A stretch of 64,000 nucleotides of DNA from Eledone cirrhosa (taxonomy: Eukaryota): positions 76,446,001 through 76,510,000 of the forward strand of contig OZ024742.1 in the NCBI GenBank assembly GCA_964016885.1, read 5' to 3'. This document shows, piece after piece, positions 55,138 through 64,000 of this stretch. The position numbers and the translations under genes are program-made. The notes below the pieces were generated by a model. The model was given only the letters and a program-made list of their open reading frames with translations, did no database searches and was not told the origin of the DNA. Position 1 is the first letter of the stretch; every line of letters begins with the position of its first letter.

Positions 55138-55584
55138 CGCATATCCATACATACACAAACACACACATGTATGTATATATATATATATATACATATACAC
55201 ACATATATTTATACATATATACACAGGTACATACACACACATACATACACACATATATACACTCATACATACGCACACACATATATAGATATATGTACAC
55301 ACACTTACATACGTACACACACAATTAATTATAAGGCAAAATAATAATAACAAATAAAAATTAAAAAAACAATGGACAACCATATGATGCAAAAGGCCGT
55401 CACATCAAAATAAAAATATAAAATAAAAAAATATACGACTTAAGAAAATAAAAATAAAAATTATTATAAAGTTGACAGCGATACAGGAAAGGACACAAAT
55501 AAATAAACAAACACGTGTGGTAAGTAATACACACATTTACACATACACATACATATAAATATATACATACACACACATACACAC

Positions 55585-55648
<64 letters not shown>

Positions 55649-55699
55649 GTTATTCCGGGTTGAATCGGAGGTGACCACAGTAAGTAAGGTACTCAATAC

Positions 55700-55852
55700 A
55701 TAGCAGAGTATAAAAGTTTTAATATAGATGAGATTCTACAGGACTAGAACTGTTTCATTCTTTAGAAATCATCAGGAATCCTGATGATTTCTAAAGAATG
55801 AAACAGTTCTAGTCCTGTAGAATCTCATCTATATTAAAACTTTTATACTCTG

Positions 55853-55856
<4 letters not shown>
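55700..55856. repeat. Perfect 157-bp palindrome (78-bp arms, 1-nt centre at 55778)
   Basis: Arms checked base by base as exact reverse complements. Confidence 0.97.
55731..55781 (-). ncRNA. Type I hammerhead inside the palindrome (mirror copy on + at 55775-55825)
   Basis: Reverse complement: GGATTC-CTGATGA-tttc-taaa-gaat-GAA-ACAG-ttctagtc-CTGT-A-GAATCT. Confidence 0.8.
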
Positions 55857-55885
<29 letters not shown>

Positions 55886-56613
55886 TAAAAAAATAATGAA
55901 TAAAACAATGAAACAGTTCCTTATATTAAACAAAAAAAGTTCATTATTTAACGATCGTTTCTAGGATATATATATGTGTTAGAATTGGCATGCATATTCA
56001 ACAGATCTATGTACAAAATTATACAAAATTATACAAACTATCAAAATTAAATATACATACCAACACATATATATGCCGTCTTCAGAAATAATGAAATATA
56101 TTTATTGATAATAACAACAATTCAAAATTACAGGTCTGTTTGGGAACAGAGTTCAAATTGACCAATGAAAACACAAAAAGTTTATACAGTTAGGTGTATG
56201 TATATATGTAAGTAACTTCGTTCACAGATATGCATAAAAATATATATGTGTTCACATGCATACGCATGCCGAAAAGATGTATGTAAATACAAAAATTCAG
56301 GGCTAATGTCTCTGTATGTTTATAATCTACAGATAAAATACGTATACGCATATAAACATATAAATATAAAAATAAAAATAAATATATACACATTCATATA
56401 CTCACACATATACATACATTCACACACACACGCGCGTATACGCATAAACATACACACAACCACGAACATACATACACACACACACCCCCACACACATATA
56501 TGTGTATATACCATTATCATAAGCATATGGACATTAATGCGCGCACATAAACACTGCCACACATATTTAGATCCAGATACAGAAAGTAGGTGGGGGAGGG
56601 AGAGGTCAGTATT

Positions 56614-56671
<58 letters not shown>

Positions 56672-56677
56672 CATATA

Positions 56678-57286
56678 TGGTGGCTGCCAACTCGTTTTCG
56701 AGTACGACCACTACTTTATATCCATGTAGGAGAACTCCTACCGATGCGCTGAACAAGTGTGACTTTTTAGTCAAGCCAGCGACGTGAAAACTCTGGTACA
56801 AACACTACACTTGTGACAATTATTGACACATAGTGCTGGGCCCATGTTACCATGTGACGACAAGTGCAGAGAGATTTACAGATATAAAGCAATGCCTATG
56901 CCGTGAAGCTTTTACAGTGAGCAAAGGCACTGCACAAAGCCAGTCCCACTCTCTTAACCAAGATGATATTTACCAAAAAGAAGAACAAGTGAACATCATT
57001 GGATGCCATCAGGGTTGCAGGTGTTATATCAGAGTTTTCCTTCTCCTAGTATTCTGCCTTGACAAAGGCTAAGGGGTCATATCGCCCGGTGATTTTGGAT
57101 GGTCATTGACTCTTAAGAGCTCCTTGGCCCTTTGACAGGTTTTGTTTTTAGTCCTGCAGGATGTCCAAAGTCATCCTCCTCGTCAAGAAACCTTGGTGGG
57201 GTTGCCAGTTTAGTCGCCAACGACCCGCCCATGGGACAGGTTGTACTGGAATACATGTTACTAGTAGCACCAACTGGTGACCTGAC
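56678..57286 (-). mobile_element. Bipartite non-autonomous RTE derivative
   Basis: RTE-like 5'UTR motif CTAGGAGAAGGAAAACTCTGA, a remnant C-terminal zinc finger (KCSVCTRVFTSL..KSH) and 3' hairpin CTCGAAAACGAG. No RT or endonuclease. Confidence 0.68.
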
Positions 57287-57384
57287 ATTCATATATATAC
57301 ACATATATACACAGACACATATATATATACACACACACATACATACATATATATATACACATACACACACTCACATATATATAT

Positions 57385-57415
<31 letters not shown>

Positions 57416-57614
57416 AATAAAAAGGTGGAAGGGGTAAACAAATAGTTAGGAATATGACAAATAATAAATAAATAAATAAATAGATAAAGGTATGAATGTG
57501 TATAGCTGATTTAGAGCACTCAACATTTTCCTAGAGCAAATAATCAATGAATATAAACATTAAATCTCTCTGTGTGTAATTATGCATACATATATATATA
57601 TAATTATATACACA

Positions 57615-57678
<64 letters not shown>

Positions 57679-57679
57679 C

Positions 57680-57812
<133 letters not shown>

Positions 57813-57955
57813 GTGGGTGTAACTAGAAGTTACTGCAGGTTCACGCGGGTGAGCACTCGATGTTTAGGTTCACTTCTGTGATGATGTGTAACAGAGTGTA
57901 AAATATAGAAAGGATAAAAAGGACGATTGATTATTCCTTCATTGCATTTATTGAT

Positions 57956-58042
57956 AGGTGACGCTCGTTTCGCCACTGATCAGCTCAAGGTTCGATCTAT
58001 ATCGATCCTACCCGACTCAATAATCGGCAGCTCGACGGACCC
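57956..58042 (-). ncRNA. Hammerhead-like motif with CCGTCGA core
   Basis: Reverse complement: GGGT-CCGTCGA-gctgccgatta...tgatcagtggc-GAA-ACGAGCGT-C-ACCT. Confidence 0.62.
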
Positions 58043-60231
58043 TCTTAAAATGCTATAAGAAAATGAAATACATGCTACGTCGTAAAGTCAGAGTTTCAAG
58101 AGTTTGACAAAATGAGTTGTTTTGATTGGTGGGAAGGATCAAGGCGATGTACTGGCCTGCAGTGTATATGGGGGCGGGTGTGATGGTGAGATGCTGGTGA
58201 CGTCTGTGGATGAGGTGGGCTGTGGTGTGGTGGTGGTGGGTTGGCCTTGGCGTGTAGAATATGTGGGGGTTGATGTGATGATATGGTGGTGGTTAAGGTT
58301 ATTTAGTGGGATACGCTGTGGTATAAGGTTAGTGGATTGTCAGTAGACGTGTTGGCGTGTGGTAGTGGTGCCTTTGTCTATGGTAGCGGCGTTTGTGGTG
58401 GTGTGGTGGATGTATTGGTGGCGTCAGGTCCTTACATAGATACATAGTTAGACGCTCTTCGTCTGACAGATACTTTGTATATACGTATACGCACACACAT
58501 ATATGTATATATGTGCACATATATTGTGGTATAAACACACACAACATAAAACACATACGCACATCCTTGCCCACACATATCGGCATACGCTCACACACAG
58601 CCATATGCATATGTACATACATGTATGTGTATGCGCGCATGCGGGCACGAATATGGAAAGTGGGGGAGCATAGGTGGGGGTGGCGAACGACAGAGATGGG
58701 GGGAAGGTGAGAGGCGATGTAGAAGGTGTTTTACATATATACATACACATGGGTATGGGCACATGGACTCACACACATGTATGCAAGATATACACATACA
58801 CACTCGCACACACGTATACTCACACATATATACATACATATATATATACACACACATGTACCGACAACACGCACATATACACATACATGCACATATATGA
58901 GCTCACCTACACATACAGTCAGATTTACCCATATACATATATGTAGACGTACACATACACACACATATATACACACACTTACATATTTGCATACACATAC
59001 ACACATATATATATATACAGATATATATATACACACACATAGACATATGCATACACATGTGTTCACATACACACACACACACATACACATGAATTTGCGT
59101 GCACGCACGCACACTTAAAACGCCCGTATGAGTAAAAATACTTACACACAGACACACACACTATTGTTGGTTGGGGAGTGGAGGTATGTGTTATCGTTGT
59201 TGATGAAGTATGGAGTTGTGTTTTGTCGTGGTGGTGGTGGTGTTGTGAGGGACAAAAATATATATACCGAATCGAATACCGGTTAAAAGGTGACATAGGG
59301 AAAGCGGGGGGAAAAGCGTTTATGGACGTACGGCGATGTGTGTTGTGGACATGGTGATGGGGTGGTGCTGCGGTGATATGTTCGACAAGATGATTACATG
59401 ATCAGAGGTTACGGTGTGTTATATGGTAGGCAGACGGGGGTGGGGGATATTTAATACAGTCGATCTCCGAAATCGACTGTATTATGTATCCCCCATATTT
59501 CTAAATTAGAAGAAGACATTACATATATGTAAAACACCTTCTACATCGCCTCTCACCTTCCCCCTATCTCTGTCGTTCACCACCCCCACCGATACTCCCC
59601 CACTTTCCATATTCGTGCCCGCATGCGCGCATACACATACATGTGTGTACATATGCATATGGCTGTGTGTGAGCGTATGCCGATATGTGTGGGCAAGGAT
59701 GTGCGTATGTGTTTTATGTTGTGTGTGTTTATACAACAATATATGTGCACATATATACATATATGTGTGCGTATACGTATATACAAGGTATCTGTCAGAC
59801 GAAGAGCGTCTAACTATGTATCTATGTAAGGACCTGACGCCACCAATACATCCACCACACCACCACAAACGCCGCTACCATAGACAACGGCACCACTACC
59901 ACTTCCCCGCCCACACGCCAACACGTCTACTGACAATCCACTAACCTCATACCACAGCGTATCCCACTAAATAACCTTAACCTCTACCATATCATCACAT
60001 CCACCCCCACATATTCTACACGCCAAGGCCAACCCACCACCACCACACCACAGCCCACCTCATCCACAGACCGTCACCAACATCTCACCATCACCCCAAC
60101 CCCCATATACACTACAGGCCAGTACATCGCCTTGATCCTTCCCACCAATCAAAACAACTCATTTTGTCAAACTCTTGAAACTCTGATTTTACCACATAGC
60201 ATGTATTTCATTTTCTTATAGCATTTTAAGA

Positions 60232-60318
60232 GGGTCCGTCGAGCTGCCGATTATTGAGTCGGGTAGGATCGATATAGATCGAACCTTGAGCTGATCAGTG
60301 GCGAAACGAGCGTCACAT
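60232..60318 (+). ncRNA. Hammerhead-like motif with CCGTCGA core (mirror copy)
   Basis: Same as 57956-58042 with one stem I mismatch, followed by AATAAA. Confidence 0.58.
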
Positions 60319-60384
60319 ATCAATAAATGCAATGAAGGAATAATCAATCGTCCTTTTTATCCTTTCTATATATATATATATATA

Positions 60385-61597
60385 ATGTATAAAATCAATA
60401 CAATATTATTACCTCATTACCAGAGGTTTCCCGAATGAGGCGAATACGAAATAAACGACTTCATTCGTTCGTCAGACGAGGCAATATAAAACATGGGCAA
60501 ATACTTAGAAAAACATCAAGAAAATCAAAAAAATATATAGATAAATGAAATAGAAATTGAAATATATAAAAAAAAAAACACTATATATATATATATACAC
60601 ACACATATACACATATGCACAACATATACATACACACAGAAATAAATATCTATAAATAAAAAAGGTGGTTATGTAAAGGGTAAGGTAGAAAGTGGGGGGG
60701 GGGGGATAAGGAAAATAAATAACAGGAAAAAGTTCAAAAATACGGGGAGATAAGGGAGAAAAAGTATATAAGTGTACAGAAAGTGAGTTCATAGAGTAAT
60801 AAAAGTCGTAGTGGATGTAAGGCGTAGAGAGCAGAGAAGAAGTTCAAGGTGGTTGAGTCATTGTAGGAATGTCAATCCAGTTACAGATCAGATGTGATTT
60901 CAGGCGAGGACGACATTTGAAGATTAAATCTTTACGGAATTTATCAATGTTATGGCCGTTGGAAGTATGAGAAACTGCCAATCCGTCGTCACGGTATAAA
61001 CCGATATTATGAGAAGGAAATTTCTCTTTAAGGGTGTGGAGAAGGAATAATCCTACTAAGTCACACATATCCGCACTGTCATATGAACCCATTGCAACAT
61101 GAAAAGAGTTTTCGGGGTTTAAGCTTTTATCCCAAATACTTTCATTAATAAAGAGTAGAATTTTCATAGCATGAAAGGTAATGTCTTCTTCTAATTTAGA
61201 AATATTAATGAATGGTCTTGCAAAATCTAAGGCTTTAGTTAATAAGGAAACAGTAATAGAGGGGTAAAAATCAACAATATCAAATTGGGTAAATCTACAC
61301 TTATTTTTACCTTGTATATTATTAAACCAAGAAATAACAGAGGATGTGTTTAACCATTGTGATGAGTCAGTGTTAGTTCTAATTTGGAGAATTATTTTTC
61401 TTAAGATTTTTTTTTACTTGCAAGGCCAACTTCGGATTTAGTCGGGTTAATCAGTCTACATCTAGGTCGATTAGTAAAGTCTAATTTATGGTCTTTAAGG
61501 GTAATATAATCTTTATGTTTAGCTAGGCTTTCTATCCGGTTGTCTATTTTTAAAGAACTAGCTAGTTCTTTAGCTTCTTTATTAATAGTGCTTATCA
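60385..61597 (-). mobile_element. Penelope-like element (Hydra-type, YRDD RT), internally deleted
   Basis: YITLKDHK..RLINPTKSEVG, QFDIVDFYPSI, VAMGSYDSADMCDLVGLFLL and IGLYRDDGL. Same pLTR end as 5580-5715. Confidence 0.9.
60412..60481 (-). ncRNA. Type I hammerhead ribozyme
   Basis: Near-identical to 5609-5678; the differences are confined to the stem II interior. Confidence 0.88.
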
Positions 61598-61826
61598 CGT
61601 GTGTTTGTTTATTTATTTGTCCTTTCCTGTATCGCTGTCTACTTCATAATAATTTTTATTTTTATTTTTTATATATATGTGTGTGCGTATGTATGCGTGT
61701 ATATATGTGTGTATGTATGTGTGTGTATGTACGTGTATATATATGTATAATTACATGTGTGTGTATATGTATATATATATATACATGTGTGTGTGGTTGT
61801 GTATTTGTGTGTATGTGTATGTATGG

Positions 61827-61908
<82 letters not shown>

Positions 61909-62140
61909 GTATATATATATATATGTGTGTATGTGTATATATGTATATATATATGTATGTATATATGTGTGTATATATGTGTGTATATATATATGTGTGT
62001 GTGCGTGTGTGCGCGTGCATGTGTGTTTATCTCCTTTTATATTAAACCTGTTTCCTTTCCTTCTTCCTTTGCCAACCTCACTTTCATATAGATTATATTT
62101 TTGTTTTTAAAATCCACTGTCAATAAATACACCCGGATTT

Positions 62141-62201
62141 TTTCATTCTGATGACTTAAAGCCAAGTTTGTTTGCTTTCAAGAAACCACTGGTAAATGAA
62201 A
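62141..62201 (+). ncRNA. Type I hammerhead ribozyme
   Basis: TTTCATT-CTGATGA-cttaaagc...gctttcaa-GAA-ACCACTGGT-A-AATGAAA. Perfect 7-bp stem I. Confidence 0.88.
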
Positions 62202-62226
62202 TAATTATCTTATGTTGTTTATTGCA

Positions 62227-62599
<373 letters not shown>

Positions 62600-62656
62600 T
62601 TCAAACTCGCGCACCGTTTCAAAAACATACTTACATGTTTACGTTTATAATTTGCT

Positions 62657-62782
<126 letters not shown>

Positions 62783-63935
62783 TACATATGTCTAAACATT
62801 GCTAATGATGTTCCTAATCACAGGGAAAGAAGACCATCATCATCGCCATCACCACAATATCTACCAGACCTATCATCATCATCATCATTATCATGAAAAT
62901 AATTAACAATATTGTGATGATATATAACATTAATACGAAACACAATAATAATACTTAACTTATTGTTTAGTAGAGATATTGTTACTAATCATAGTCGTAG
63001 GGGCAGGATCAGCCTTGACTTAGACACGAACAATGTGTCTTATGTTAGAATTAAATAGAGTGCCAACCTAGGTAAATTAAGTAGCAATTACTTTACATCA
63101 CACAAAAGCAACACATTCACACACACACACGCGCGCGCGCGCGCGCATATATAAACTTACACAAACAACATTCACATAGACACACAGACAAACCCCCATC
63201 TATATTTATATGTGTGTGTTTGTGTGTGTCTGCGTGTGTGTGTGTGGGGGGGTGTATGTGTGTCTGTATGTGTGTGTGTGTCTGTGTGTGCGTGCGTGTG
63301 TGTGTGTGTGTGTGAATATCTGCGAATATTGCGAATATCTTTTACAAATTACAGTAGTAAGAACATGTATAATATAAAATGTATGTTTCATATTAAAGTC
63401 ACCTATTTTGGGAACAGTTCACAATAAAGCTAAGGGAACAGAACTTTCATACTTAATAACTATCTTATTTTGTCTTTTGATAAGTTTCCTACATTCAATG
63501 TCATCAATAATCGTGATATTGATCTATTCTTTTGTTCAACTAATATTTGTTCTCGCTGTGGTGTCGGGGGAGATGTGAAATATCTGATTCAGGTAACTTC
63601 GATTTACCTATTGTCTGATTGTGATATCACGAACTACATACAAGGCAATGCTGCACTTATGTGCATAACAAGCACATGTTATTACCAATTCTATTCATTA
63701 ATCATATGTCACATAATCTGCATTGCAACTAAATAGCACACAGATACATAAGTGTGCATATATGTGTGTGTTTGTATGTATGTATATGTGTGTGTGTAAA
63801 CAACCACACATATATTAAAAAAATATTTTCAAGGACAACATAATTTTTTTCTTACCCTTTGCTCATCTTTTTCTTATTCCCTTTTTTCTTATTCATGTAC
63901 ACACACACGCGCACATACACACACAGCCCTCCTCC

Positions 63936-63985
<50 letters not shown>

Positions 63986-64000
63986 CGTTGGCATTGTACA

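Larger units (their letters stand above)
57903..60372. mobile_element. Large ORF-less fold-back PLE-type element (~840-bp inverted arms)
   Basis: 57903-58740 vs 59523-60372, highly similar. An HHR-like motif plus an AATAAA signal lies near each outer end. Confidence 0.9.

Overview
AT-rich, microsatellite-dense eukaryotic DNA. I could not support any host gene or intact protein-coding ORF. The SINE type, the (TA)n/(CA)n load and the TE mix suggest an octopus or other coleoid genome (inference). The window is a nest of transposable elements: a Tigger/pogo transposase, a Helitron 5' half with an intron and STPR repeats, a maT/Tc1 remnant, two Tx1-type LINEs plus ORF1 fragments, three R4/Dong-type RLE fragments, a CRE-like LINE, a bipartite RTE derivative, four tRNA-derived SINEs and several Penelope-like elements (Naiad-, Neptune- and Hydra-type by motif resemblance). 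The most striking signal is non-coding. About 17 type-I hammerhead ribozyme (HHR) motifs were folded by eye from many pseudo-LTR families, most of them in fold-back (inverted-repeat) or partial-tandem modules within (TA)n tracts. They include a perfect 157-bp palindrome with an HHR on both strands, three U3-A8 core variants and a CCGUCGA-core variant. Other leads are a candidate 52-nt intron that would fuse Tx1 ORF1 to ORF2 in frame, and a repeated Tx1/Dong/SINE assembly on (TTA)n. All calls are by eye; no searches or folding programs were run.
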